A stretch of DNA of 64,000 nucleotides from Lytechinus pictus (GCF_037042905.1 NC_087245.1:38752001-38816000), one strand, 5' to 3'; positions 25,362-39,200 are shown, counted from the first letter of the stretch. Notes: a model not told the origin generated them from the sequence alone. A program made the numbers and translations.

Positions 25362-25800
25362 CTTTTTTTTTTGCCTTGCCGGATCGACCCCGAAGAAAAT
25401 ACGTTCTGTCGCCCCTGATTCCACATGTAGGGACGGATCCAGATTTCCAAGAAGAGGGGGTGGGGGGTTCTTCACTCCCAAAAATATTTATAAGAAAAAA
25501 ATTGACGAAATGCATGGAAATCATTTTGTTCCAGGAAAAGTTTGGCAAGCCCAAAAAATAAGGGTCCTCACAGTGCGTTTTTTTCCTTCTTTTTTTTTGC
25601 CTTGACTTAAAAGAAAATACGTTCTGCAGCCCCTGATTCCACATGTAGGGACGGATCCAGATTTCCAAAACAGGGGGGGGGGGGGTCTTCGATCACTCGT
25701 CTCCCAAAAATATTTATAAGAAAAACTTTGACAAAATGGAAATCATTGTTTTCCAGGAAACGTTTGGCAAGCAAAAAAATAAGGGTCCTCACTTGCGTTT
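25362..25800. repeat. Two tandem copies of an ~220-bp unit
   Basis: aagaaaatacgttctg...gattccacatgtagggacggatccagatttccaa...gggtcctcac at 25393 and 25611. Confidence 0.85.
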
Positions 25801-26612
25801 GCACGACATATACCCTTTACAAATATTGTTTATGTCTCTCAAAGGGGGGGGGGGGCGGGGATGGGGGACGCGGGCCGGACTTCCCTTGAAGAGGTATACT
25901 CTCCCAAAAAGCGTACACGCTGGAGAGTGAACCTTGAAGAAGGCACCGGCCCTGGATCAGCCGGCTGGCCACATTTCAGACACATACGTATGATTATTTA
26001 GAGGGGGTATATGCTTTAAAAAAAAAAATTTGCATCAACAGTGCCAGCAAAACTCAGCTTCATGTATACTTCATCCGCAATCTTCACACAACGTAGGCCT
26101 ATACTAAACCACATTTAAGCTCTAACAACCAATAAAAATTATCTTCAGTTTAATACTTTCAGCTGAAATCAACGGTCGGACCTTAATGGAGGAAGCTAGC
26201 TAGCTAGGATACAAGAGAGAGAGAGAGAGAGTGCCCTTTATGCCACAAATTTTGAGGGGGCCAGTATCTGGCAAAATGTACAATTGAGCGAGCACTGTCA
26301 CGTGCACAGCAATGCCTAACATTTTTATTGACAAAAATCCAATTTTGTGATAGATTTTGACATAATATTCAGAAAATTTACCTTTCTCTCTTTCCTTAAT
26401 TTTCTCTTATTTTCCTTGGTCGTGATTTTTTTCTCTTTTTTTTTTTTGGGGGGGGGGGGCGCCCCTCCCCCTCCCTCCATCTGTGTACCAGGCACTGAAG
26501 GTGAATCGTCGTGTATTTTTTTTTTACTTAAACTTCAATTCTTTTCTTTCTTTTTCTATACGTGTTGGTTTTATCAGAGCAAATTTTGTTCCTTTTGGCT
26601 AGCCATACAGAA

Positions 26613-26741
26613 CGCGCCTGCGCAAATCACATTCAGTAGATCGGCGAACAACAAACCAAGTCCAAGACCAAACCAAACGAGGGAATCTCACATCACGTCA
26701 CCAAAATTGTCAGATGAACTAAGAACCAGATCAGATTTGGT
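26613..26741 (+). promoter_or_regulatory. Putative GTSF1 promoter and non-coding first exon
   Basis: NRF1-like GCGCCTGCGCA at about 26614-26624, then an A/C-rich leader ending at a candidate donor TTTG|GTAATG (26740). This is inferred; there is no transcript evidence. Confidence 0.45.
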
Positions 26742-27414
26742 AATGACAGTTAGCATGTAAAGTCTTTGTAGCATAAGCATGATGACTATCTATTTTAGAT
26801 CCAAAGAAATTTTGCAATGGAATTTAACAATCGAATTTTATCTGTATTATTTTGAGCTGGCACATGTTGAGTGGACACACACGAGACTAACAGTGTGCAG
26901 TTGTGTGTGAAGAATAATGTGACGTCTGTGGGGTGTGTGAATGTGCATGTGGTTGAAGCTGCACTGCACTGCAAGCCACATGCTACTTTTAATTTCCAAC
27001 ATTTAAACGCACACTCCAAAAAGTGCAGTGATAGCTTTTGTATAAAAGAAATACTTAATTCCAGGGTTGCTGGATGGTATCCAGACAATTGTCTTTTTAA
27101 CTTTAATTGTAACTAGAGTAGTTACTACTAGTAGTAGTACTACTACTAGGCCAGGGACTTTTACTTTTAGGGTCTATTTCTGTAGCGTGGGTGTACCGTA
27201 TATGTTACAAAAAAAATAATTGAGAAATGAGTTTTTAGATCTCATCAAGACCTTTCATTTAATACCTCATTCATTTCAATAGCCCCAGTATAACAAGAAA
27301 GTTATGGTAGTTTTAAGTTCGTACAAATCGCCTATCCAATTCTTATGACTGTATTCCTTTGTTTTTTAAAACAAAAGTTGGGACCTTAATTGGGACCAAG
27401 ACGCACTATATTAA

Positions 27415-27997
27415 AGGAGAATGAAACCCTTGAAACCAGCTGAATCCATATCAAAGAGAAAAATCAAAGAAACGTATTGTTGAAAGTTTGAGGAAGATTG
27501 AATGAATAATAAGAAAGTTATGAGCATTCGAATATTGAGATCACTAGTGCCATGTAGATCCTCCCAACGGCAATGCGACCAAGATCTGTGATATCACACA
27601 CGTACAACTCCCTCATTACTTTAGTACTTATTTCACTTAAATTCTCACTTTTATAGAGTCTATCACATGGTGAGGTGTTCTCTTTATGAGATGACAAGTA
27701 CAGAGGTTTCACAACATTATATCATTGATGAATCGTTTGTCATATGATTAGAATGAGCAAAAATAGATGTTTTGGGGTATATGTTCAGTGTCCAAATGGG
27801 AGAGTTGTACGTGTGTGACATCACAGATCTTGGTCGCATTGCCAATGGGAGGATCTCCATAGCATTAGTGATCTCGACATTCAAATGCTCATAACTCTTT
27901 TATTGCTAGTCCTATTTTACTAAAAGTTTTGTTGATCTTATTCTTTGATTTTTCTGCTTTCACAAAAGCTAACTTGCTCCAAGAGTTTCATTCTCCT
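27415..27997 (+). mobile_element. Kolobok-like MITE, copy 1 (~585 bp)
   Basis: TIR aggagaatgaaac / gtttcattctcct, TTAA TSD, purine-purine start. Confidence 0.85.
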
Positions 27998-29960
27998 TTA
28001 ATATGATGGTGGGCCCCAAGTCTGCGCACCTAACAATTTGAGTTAAGATTTAACATGAATTTCTTCTTATTTCACAAAATCTTTTACTTAATAATATTCC
28101 TTATATTATTATTAGTAAGTGTACCAAATTTCTCACAAAAAAAATGAAAGAATATATAGGATTTTCTTGAAAAAACCTCGGGCTGTCATTTTCAGATTGA
28201 AAAAAAAAATGGTTCCCCATGTCTGCGCACTCATTCACTTTGCACACGATTCGGGGATTTTGATGAGAAAGGCTGCATTTTGAGGCCTTCACATGAAATG
28301 CCCTAAATTCATTATTTTTCCATCATTTTGAGTCGGATTTTTTTATGAATACCTGTCTATGTATTGCATGTGTAGAGTTCGTGCTCGTTGCGTATCTTCT
28401 TTTACTAGAATCGCGCAGATACGCGTGTGTGCAGACACGGGGGGACTGCGCAGACTTGGGGGAACTTGCCATACTAGGAAACAACAATGCGCATACATTG
28501 GCATACGGAAGTGCACAACAACACTCCCCAAAATTACAGACGTCGCCGAAACAGGGACATAAAAAACACACTGAGCGTCGGTAGATTTCTTTCAAATTTC
28601 ACCACAAAGTTGTTGAAATGTTCTATCGGAATGAATACCTTTTAGAGTGGGATGATACCTGTAAAGAATAGCAAGAGGTTGAAAGCAAGACTTAAGTTCC
28701 AGTAGCACACAGAGTCGCAAGATCACCGAGGGAGATTTTTTTCAAGTCTAGACAGCTGCCATAGACATTCAACTGCGTAAAAACAATGATGTCATGGGGA
28801 ATAACCTTTTCTTGCACATGCAAACACAATACAAAGCAATGCCCCTACAGTCAACCTGTGGTTATAGGCAGCACACTCAATGTCTCGTTCAGAATGCATC
28901 TAGAGGGTGCTTTTGTAACATACCTAATTTCTGGTAGATTCTAAGGTTAGACTTAGCCAGGCCAGAAGGCTCTTCGAGAGTAAAAATCATTGACTAACGT
29001 ATGCTTACTCTCCACAGAGCCAGGGATTCGATTGCGTTCATCTACACGTGCCGCCAAAAAACCTCAAACTTTCGCCCCCGAGATTTCTACTTTCTAAAAG
29101 ATCTAGCCCTTAATCATGTATGGGATTACCTCAGGCGATGTTCGTGCAGGCTCCACTTCACTACCGCTACACTACGCTCCACCTACCCGAACATCGGGAC
29201 AGTGAACTAGATCGGATATTCCGAGTCATAAAAGGTGGGATGGCAATCATCGTAAAAATTAAAGAAAAAAATTATAACGAGGGATATGAATGACTTAATA
29301 TCTTACTCTACACCCGTATTTCACTCCGTGTCCATCCTCCGGTTATCCTCAAAATTGGTGATTTTGGGCCAGTATCTTTTTCCTCACACGTATTATTCAC
29401 GGCCGATTTCAAAACATCGCATGCGATCGGTCGCTGATCGATGGGGAAGAACAATAGGGGAAAAAAAGAAAAGATTTTTACTCTCTAAGAGCCTCCTGGC
29501 TAGTTAGACTCAGAGTCTGGTCATAGTCTCATAGAGTCGTAATTAATCAGTCTCCACAAGATAATTTTCAAAATACTGAATAACTTTTATCGCTAATCAG
29601 AACCACAATGCGTTATGGGATCGAAAAGGGGGCAAGCAAGCTAGCTACGCGCACTGTCTGCAGTGCGCGTAGCTTCTTTTTCTTTTTATGTGCCCATCCT
29701 ACGCCTACGGGACGTATTATGGTATCACGCTTAATGTTCATCTGTCCGTCTGGCATCTGTTAACTTTTCTTTGTAAACGCGATAACGTCAGTTTAACTTA
29801 ACCTATTCTCATATAGTTTGGTGTGTATGATACTAGCATGGATCCCAGGAAGCCTATTAATTTTGAGGTCAAAAGGTCAAGTTCATAGTGACATGTTTTC
29901 ATCTTACCCTTCTGAAAACCGCGATAAAAAAAAAAACGTGATAACTTCAGTTTAACTTAA

Positions 29961-30545
29961 AGGAGAATGAAACCCTTGAAACCAGCTGAATCCATATCAA
30001 AGAGAAAAATCAAAGAAACATATTGTTGGAAATTTTAGGAAGATTGAATGAATAATAAGAAAGTTATGAGCATTTGAATATTGAGATCACTAATGCCATG
30101 TAGATCCTCCCATTGGCAATGCGACCAAGATCTGTGATGTCACACACGTACAACTCCCTCATTACTTTAGTACTTATTTCACTTATATTCTCACTTTTAT
30201 AGAGTCTATCACATGGTGAGGTGTTCTCTTTATGAGAGGACAAGTACAGAGGTTTCACAACATTATATCATTGATGAATCATTTTGTCATATGATTAGAA
30301 TGAGCAAAAAGAGATGTTTTGGGGTATATTTTCAGTGTCCAAAAGGGGAGAGTTGTTCATCAGTGACATCATAGATCTTGGTCGCATTGCCAAAAGGAGG
30401 ATCTCCATAGCATTAGTGATCTCGACATTCAAATGCTCATAACTCTTCTATTGCTAGTCCTATTTTACTCAAACTTTTGTTGATCTTATTCTTTGATTTT
30501 TCTGCTTTCACAAAAGCTAACTTGCTCCAAGAGTTTCATTCTCCT
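29961..30545 (+). mobile_element. Kolobok-like MITE, copy 2
   Basis: Near-identical to copy 1; TTAA TSD. Confidence 0.85.
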
Positions 30546-30725
30546 TTAAATAGCAAGCCTGACCTATAGGCTCATATAATTTAGTGTGTATGATACTGGC
30601 GTAGATCCCAGGAAGCCTATCGATTTTGAGGTCAACATGAACAGGTCAAAGGTCAAGGTCATAGTAACACGTTTTCATCTTACCCTTCTGAAGTCCAAGT
30701 TGTAAACGCGATAACTGTAGTTTAA

Positions 30726-31314
30726 AGGGATGGTCCAGGCTGGAGATATTTATATCTCAATAAATACAGTAAAATTCACAGATCAAAATGCTGAAAATTT
30801 CATCAAAATCAGATGACAAATAATTTTAAGTTATTGAATTTTAAAGATTTGCATTATTCCGGTAAAACAGTTCTAGGCATGTCTTTATGAATATTCATTA
30901 GGTGGGCTGATGATGTCTTATCCCCACTTGTTCTTTTGTATTTTATTATATAAAATTAGGTGTTTTTTTTTTTTCTACAAAGAACTAAAACAATTGGATT
31001 GACAACTGATTAAGTGCATAAGTTTTTTATTGCCGCAACTTATTTCATCATAATGGAGACACATCATTTACACATGTATGGAAAAATGAAACAATTATGG
31101 TTTCATGTAATAACATTAAAAAAAGGAAAGTGTGGACATGACATCATCAGCCCACCTAATGAATATTCATGACGATGTTCACAAAATATTGATAAACTTT
31201 AAAATTCAATAATTTCTTTATTTGTTATTCAATTTTGATTAAATTTTCAGCATTTTGCTTTGAGAATTTTGTTTATTTATTTAGATATGAATATTTACAG
31301 CCCGGACCATTCCT
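30726..31314. mobile_element. Kolobok-like MITE (second family)
   Basis: ttaa|agggatggtcc ... ggaccattcct|ttaa. Confidence 0.8.
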
Positions 31315-31577
31315 TTAACTTATATAGGCTCATATCATGGATCCCAGGAAGCCTATTGATTTTTAGGTCAAAAGGTCAAGTTCACAGTGATATGTTTTCA
31401 TCTTACCCTTCTGAAAACCTTGCAAACACAATAATTTCAGTTTAACTTAACCTAGGCTCATGTACATGTAATTTAGTGTGTATGATACTGGCATAGATCC
31501 CAGGAAGCCTATTGATTTTGAGGCTAAAGGTCAAGATCACAGTGACGTGTTTTCATCTTACCCTTCTTAAGTCTTTT

Positions 31578-32451
31578 GGCGTGTTTCTACAGAGAATCGT
31601 TAAATCGGTTTATCTTTTCCGGAATAAAAAAACCATTTCGCCCTTAAACCAACTTGTTTCTACAGAGCGAATAATCCGATTAACTCAGATTCCGCGTTGC
31701 AAATAAACAGATTAATACGGCAATAACTAAGATTAGCAATGACCACCTCCCAGAGGTGGTTATGAGAAACTGTATTTGGCGCTATGCAGTTTGTCAATAA
31801 ATCGCATCGCGTCAGTTATAGGGAAATTTTCTTGTTAAAGGAGAATGAAACTCTTGGAGCAAGTTAGCTTTTGTGAAAGCAGAAAAATCAAAGAATAAGA
31901 TCAACAAAAGTTTGAGTAAAATAGGACTAGCAATAGAAGAGTTATGAGCATTTGAATGTCGAGATCACTAATGCTATGGAGATCCTCCCATTGGCAATGC
32001 GACCAAGATCTATGATGTCACAGATGAACAACTCTCCCCTTTTGGACACTGAAAATATACCCCAAAACATCTCTTTTTGCTCATTCTAATCATATGACAA
32101 ACGATTCATCAATGATATAATGTTGTGAAACCTCTGTACTTGTCCTCTCATAAAGAGAACCTGTCTCACCTTGTGATAGACTCTATAATAGTGAGAATAT
32201 AAGTGAAATAAGTACTAAAGTAATGAGGGAGTTGTACGTGTGTGACATCATAGATCTTGGTCGCATTGCCAATGGGAGGAACTACATGGCATTAGTGATC
32301 TCAATATTCAAATGCTCATAACTTTCTTATTATTCATTCAATCTTCCTCAAACTTTCAACAATGTGTTTCTTTGACTTTTCTCTTTGATATGGATTCAGC
32401 TGGTTTCAAGGGTTTCATTCCCCTTTAAACAATTTTCTGTAGAAACACACC
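31578..32451. mobile_element. MITE hosting Kolobok-like copy 3
   Basis: ggcgtgtttctacagagaatcgttaaa / tttaaacaattttctgtagaaacacacc. Confidence 0.7.
31839..32424 (-). mobile_element. Kolobok-like MITE, copy 3 (inverted)
   Basis: Reverse complement of copies 1 and 2; TTAA TSD. Confidence 0.85.
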
Positions 32452-33287
32452 GCTTGTAACGCGATAACTCTAGTTTAACCTACATGTAGGCTCACATATT
32501 TTAGTGTGTATAATACTAGCATGGTTCTTAGGAATTTTGAGGTCAAAAGGTCAAGTCGCCACTTTCCTTGCTTGACCAATAACTCAATTTTTCGTGTTAC
32601 AGGTGGGCTTATGGTTCGCTCAAGCGACACTCCTGTTTTGGTTAAGCAAAAGCAAATATACAACTATACAAATGCTTTTTTTTTTGTGAGTAAATGCTAG
32701 ATTTGAGCAAAGAATTTGCTAAAGTTAGTATTCTACAATAGCTAAAATGAAGCACTGATATGTGCGTTTTGACTGCATAAATAAATTGTCTCATGCACGA
32801 TTTTCTTTGTACAGTACAGCAGCCAAGGTATATGTAAAAAAAATATTACCAGTTGACCCAAATTTCTCATCTAGAGCAACATTAAAGACCATTCAGAGTA
32901 TGTGTTGACTGTTATGTGCTTCTTGACTATAACTCACTCTCTCAAAATGTTTCCACAACACTGACATCCCAATCTTTTCATGCCTAGTAAACATTACAGA
33001 AGAATGGTGCTCATGTTTGACCCTTCCTCCCTTTGAATTATCTTTCAATTGTTTGAATCCATATGCTTTACATAACATACCTTACAGATTTAGCTGTGAT
33101 AGTGTCTTTGACACCATCATGACCAGGAAGGAATATGTGCAGCCTGAGCAGAAGACTACAGATATTTTTTTTTTGGTGGAATTGCTCTCGTTTGACCCTT
33201 TTTCCCCTCCAACCATCCTTTCAGGTGTTACTTCAATCCATGAGAACTAGACCCTTGCAGATTTTTACCTGAGAAATCCCGATCAAC

Positions 33288-36200
33288 ATGCCTGGACGAC
33301 GGGGCGTCTTTGACGCCATCATGACCAAGGAGGATTACATGCAGCCGGAGCAGAAGGCTGTACCGGTCAAGTTGGCGGAATCCTCAATCAACGACCCAGA
33401 CGAACTCATCGAATGCCCGTACGACAAAGTCCACAGGATTCGTCTTGGCCGCTTTCCTATGCATCTCCTGAAGTGTAGAAAGGTATTGTGAAAATCTTCT
33501 TTAGTGTTGGTTTGCATATCCATATGAGTGATATTTGCTGTGGATGCAAATCCATATTCACATGCATGGGGTGCACTTTATTATTCACATCATGGGATGG
33601 GGATAGCAGGCCTGCCAACCAGTACGTTTTATGCGTATTTAGTACGTTTTTGCAACCAAAATACGACAGTACGTTTTTTCTTTAAAAAATACGTTTTTGT
33701 ATAAAAAAAAATTAACAAAAATTGAGAAAATCTTCTCTATATGTTTCTATTTCATAAAACTTACACAAATATGGTTATTAGATCAATGTAATTTCAGGTA
33801 ACTTGTTTTTTTTCCAATCGTTTTGTTAAAACCAGGGTGAGATATACCGTAAGTAACGGTGTATTAACCGCACCCCCCATTTTCTGATGGAAAAAAAAAA
33901 AAAAAAAAAATCATAAAAAAAATATTTAAAAAAATCATTAAAAAAAAAATTTAATCAAACTTACTTTCTATCTCTAATATGCGTATTTAAGAAAGAGTCA
34001 AGAACCAAAAAATATCGAAGAATTACTGGTAAAAAATGATGGGAAATCAGCGCTTCGTCACTTATCTGCAAGTTGCCGATATTATTGGCCACTTCCACAC
34101 TCCGAGTCACCTCACACACACACATATGGTACCGGTGTTCATTGAAAGTACCGATACCAGCATCAACATGGGGGCTCACCCATACGAGAAGATCGTTCAT
34201 ATCATATTTCCTGCATCACAGCCCCACTTTTGCTTTCAGAATTCTGTCTAGCATTCAATGTCTTGACATGAATTTTAGACAAGGGAATACGGGAAGGTTC
34301 AAGATACGAGAAATTTGCGATTTTGTTCAGGTGTTTTTCTTGTCTGCTTTGAACCACTACCGGTAGTTCTCAGTACGTGTGTGGCGGTATCTTACAGACA
34401 GCAAAATAGGGAAAAAAAATGCTAGTACCGGTATACCGTATTTTCAATGGGAGCTCTGGGCGGGAATAAAGTGAATAATAATTAAAAATAAAAAGTCGGA
34501 AGGAGTGAAGATGGGGATTGAAGATTGATTTTGAGATGATGGATGATAGAGAGAAATGAAGGAAAGGCAAATGAAAGAAATTAATTGTCAAATAATACCA
34601 ATAATTTGTCAAACAAAATAACTTCCACGGAAAGGTAAAGCGCCAGCTTACGTTGACGTTGCGATAAACATTACCCATGCATGTCTTATTCGGCTAGCTG
34701 CACCGCGCTGTGCGATCGATTGGCGTCTGAACTTTGCCGCGATGACTAAAAAATGACAACAAAGACAGAGTCACACCATTAAAAAAAGTCAGTTTCATGA
34801 AGGTAGGTGCGTTTGTTACCGTAATCTAACTTTGAGGGACATTTACGGCAGATACCGGTAGTCATAGTTCCTTCCCTTTTATACCCGCGGCTCATACCCC
34901 TCTAAACGGGATTGCCCCAAGCGGCTACGCTCGGCCACCCGACGCGAGTTGAAAACTGGTAGTGGTATCGGGCTGAGATTGGCTTGGCTCAGACCTGTCA
35001 CCGTGTATAAACCGCAACCCCGACTTTTGATTCTGTCCCGCCGAGAAAAAGGTGCGGTTAATACACCGTTACTTACGGTACACATCGTTCAATTTTTTTT
35101 TTTCATCTGAAAAGAGCAGTGCGTGTTTTAGCTTGCATGCAGCTTGAGCGCCGCGATGAGCGCATGCACCACCCATTTTATTATGAAATAAACCTTTTTT
35201 TGGAAAAATACATTTTTTAATCACAGAATACAATTTTTCATTCCCAGAGGTTGGCAGGTCTGGGATAGAGAAATACCATCAGATATTTTTAGAAACATCT
35301 TATAGTTTACCGCTCATAAACATTGTATTAAATGTTATAAATGTTGCATATTATCTGCTACTAATGTAATCATTAACAATTAAGTGAAAACACTAACCAT
35401 ATAGCCAAAAGATAACAAATTAAATTAATTACATTTGAATCTTATTTCATTAACTATTTCAGAATTATACAGGGAAAGAAATGTTCACCTGTCCATTCAA
35501 TGCATGCCATCTAGTTCCAGCTCCCGAAGCAAGGCACCACGTCGCAAACTGTCCAGACAAGGCTTGTGTGGAGAAGGAAATGATGCGAGGTATCTATTTA
35601 TGTTCTACTTCAGTTCAGTTTCATTCAATTTTATTAACACGTCGTTATTAAAAAAAACATATAAAAAATGTTTGATGCTTCATAATTGATAATGATGATG
35701 GGATCTTGCACAGCGCCAGTCTCTGCCTCTGTTGGGCACTGGTGGTGCTTCCCCGAAATAGGAAATTTACAGTGCTACAATTAGGTTATTCTTGCGATGA
35801 TGGTGGATGGGGAAATTTGACAAATCAGTACATATCACATAATACAACATATTAGAAATGGCATAACTTAGCATTGTAAAACTTAAAAAAGATAGAAAAC
35901 AAAATGGAGTAAAGTATTGAGTGTGTAGGGAATTTAATAACAAAGGCCATCTGTATGTCAAGGTCAATCCCCAATTTACACTCTAAAAAATAAAAGACAA
36001 AATACTTGAATACAAGATTCTCACAAATTCTCACAAAACTTGTATTTCCTTATCGTTCACTCGTTAACCCATATGTGGATAAAGAGTCATGTGCAAGGTT
36101 AGGCTACAATGTCTTTCCCTAGACAGACAGGAATGATTGTTGATTAAGCGTCAGTTTGTGCACCGTAGCACTGCAACACAGACATATTATGCTTAAATGT

Positions 36201-39200
36201 ATTTCAGTGTTTATATTTTTGGAATAATTGAGATCCAGCTTCTATTTTTCGTCTTTTCACAACCAGTATATAACATCAAAGATAATTAGGTTTGATGTTC
36301 TTAAGATACATAAAATTAAATAGATCTACCAGACTTAAAATTTTGTGTAAAAAGCACATTTCAAATGAGTGGAATAAGGCTATTGTAACCATTTATATAG
36401 AAATTGGTGAACTTAAGTAGGAAGAGATAAATAACTATGAATGCAAGGTTCCCCATTATAAAATAGACTTACAAATTATTGTTTTGAATGTGGTTTTGTA
36501 ATGGCAGTGTTATGATTTTGAATGTTCATGGTGGTTAAGGACATTAGCCGACTCTGACCATTGCTTTAGTGTCAGAGGTCCTAATCTGAAGTCCAGTTTG
36601 ATTTAGGCCATGGTCTGCTAACTCTGTGCTTATATAACAAGAAACAGAAAATGTCAACTTTCAGTCTATGTTGTATGTGTGTCTTACACTTACTGGCCCG
36701 TATTCTGAAGTCGGGTTTAACCTAGACCATGTTCTAACTCTGTGCTAAAGTTATGGGAAGCCAAACGTGTCAAAATTTTGTTTACAGTGAATGCTTCACT
36801 AATTATTTAATAGTGAAGACAATTGTCATACTTAGCCTTTCCAGGCACTTAATGTTTTGGGAGTCATATGAGCTGATACATTGAACCTCTACTGTTAGAG
36901 ATTTATGTGACAACTGGCTTTCCATAATTAAACCACAACTTAAAACCAGAGTTTAAATTAAACTCTACTTCAGAATACGGGTCATACTGTGTTCTTACCT
37001 TATGCTTTACCATTAAAGAAATATATTTTACTTATTGTTCCCAGACAGTTATGAATGCTCCGACTGTCAAATATGTGTCACAATTTGCTATCCAAACTTT
37101 AGCTACAACTAAGGACCAGAATCTAAATCACACTAGAGTTCAGGGGAGCGTTTCATCCACATTTTCATTTGACAAGTCAGATCTTCCCTTGAATGTGATT
37201 GGCTGAGAAGCACTGTTACTACGGTTACTGTCGGATAAAGTGGGACTTGTCAGAACAATCATCCGACAAGTCCTTTCGTGAAACGCTGCCCAGATTACGT
37301 GCCAGTCAATCTGAAATGACCTCGTGAACTCTACGTTTGATTCGATCGCAGTGATGACAACATTTTCTCTCTCTCTCTCTGTCTTTGTAGGGTACGATGC
37401 GAATAATACTTACTGCAAAGGCTACACCAAGAGTCCAGCATACAAACGGACGGAGGACTTCGGTCACAAGCCCTCCGAAAACTGGGATGAAGGTTAGTAA
37501 ATGAGGTCTACATACGACAGACTGTTGGAAGACTGATAATAAAAACCTGGGATGGTATTCTGAGATTGCTTTTTATCTGAGAGGAAATTGACATTTTATC
37601 TGTTGAGATTTCATGTATCAAAACATGATATTAAATTGGATAATTTGACATACTCTCACCTCCATGGGTTGAATAAGATGAGTGCTATTGAACACTGTTT
37701 CTGATTGGATATTGCTTCATTAAAAAACATGCCTTACAGGGATAAAATGAAGATATACCAATTCAGAGAAATTTTAGGGCTGTTTTATTTCACTGATTTT
37801 AACAGAGATAAAAAAAATTATCTGAGATCAAATGAATCTCAGAATAAAAACCCTGTGCATCAAACTGATCAGGGAACCATCTATGTAACCATTTAGCTCA
37901 GCATCCACATAAATAAGCTTCCAGGCAATGTTCTCAGTAGTTACGAGCCAAAAAAAATCCCTTAGGCCCGTATTCTGAAGTCGGGTTTAACTTAGACCAT
38001 GGTCTAACTCTGTGCTAAACTTATGGAAAGCCAAACGTTTCAAAATTTTGTTTACAGTGAATGCTTCTCATGTTTAACTGTGGTCTTTACTAATTATTTA
38101 ATGATGAAGACAATTGATACTTTTTTCCTTCCTAGGCAGTTAATGATGTTTTGGGGAGTCAGATGAGCTGATACATTGAACCTCTACTGTTATAGATTTA
38201 TGTCACAACTGGCTTTCCATAGTTAAACCAAAACTTTTAATCAGAGTTTGAATTAAACCTGACTTCAGAATACGGGCCTTAGGCTTCAAAAATCAAACTT
38301 AAAAGATGAATTCGATGTAACTGCCTACTATGTGAAAATGTGGATTGTTGTGGTTTAGCAGCATTGACTCTGACCTTAACCCTAACCCAATCAAGAGCAT
38401 TGTGTGTTCAAATTGCACCACAGGCCTTGAGTCCTTAGCCAAGGCATCAGTCCACACTTTGCCACTCTCCACCCAGGTGTTGAATGGGTACCTGGTAGGG
38501 ATGTGAAAGCCAAATGTGGTATGCCTAGCAATTGAGTTGGAATAGAGAGTGGAGGAAGTGCATACGTTGTATGCGGGCAAGTCAGGATCTGATAACTGGG
38601 GTAATAATGTATGATGTTGTGCTTTAAGACGTTCAAATATATTAAGTGTTAGAAAAGTGGAATGCTATTTTTATATTTATTACTGCCGTCGAATTATGAA
38701 GTAGAATTTAATGAAAAAAAACAACATTTTAGTCGTACTTTGTAATAAATAAATTCAGACATGGGTTGCTGTGGTAGGAGACCTTCCTCACAGTGATCAG
38801 CCATATCGTAAAGATGTACAATGTGTATTTACCAAATACATGACTGTATTCATATGTTCTATGTATATAAAATCATTTAAAATATGTTATTTCTTTAATA
38901 CAGTCTTGAATCCTAAGAGTGGGTCGATATAGTTAATGATAAAATGTTTTACCTTTTGTTGTCAATATGAATTAATCTTCCTTGTAATTTGTTTCCCCGA
39001 CCCGATGGAATAACCCAATTTTAAACGAAGAGACTAATTTTCTCTTTTATTATATGTTCCTGTTTCTCAGAGATCCGAACAGACCAATCCAGAGAATACT
39101 GGGGCCCCGAAGAAGGAAGTAATAGGTAGTAAAATTTGTCTTTTCTTATTTTTTTGATTTTTTTTTTAAGTGGGTTTTATCTTACATTTTCATAGTTTTG

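Larger units (their letters stand above)
29684..32638 (+). mobile_element. HINE-like element with internal tandem units, disrupted by four nested MITEs
   Basis: T-run start, tgcccatcct / aggtgggc subterminal IR, ctgtccgtctg microsatellite remnant, repeated unit gtgtatgatact...gatcccaggaagcctatt...gaggtcaaaaggtcaa (about 5 copies), 3' mini-hairpin. Confidence 0.65.

Noticed and set aside
27518..30258. Duplicated 64-aa ORF (MKPLYLSSHK...) as a gene family
   Set aside because: It is incidental to two copies of the same MITE
20042..35589. Functional link between the U11-48K-type fingers of GTSF1 and the neighbouring U12 intron
   Set aside because: The protein has GTSF1 architecture rather than SNRNP48, and nothing in the sequence supports more than coincidence
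35590..35598. Second U12 intron in GTSF1 (donor GTATCTATT)
   Set aside because: It lacks the CCTT of the U12 consensus, and the acceptor has a typical U2 pyrimidine tract
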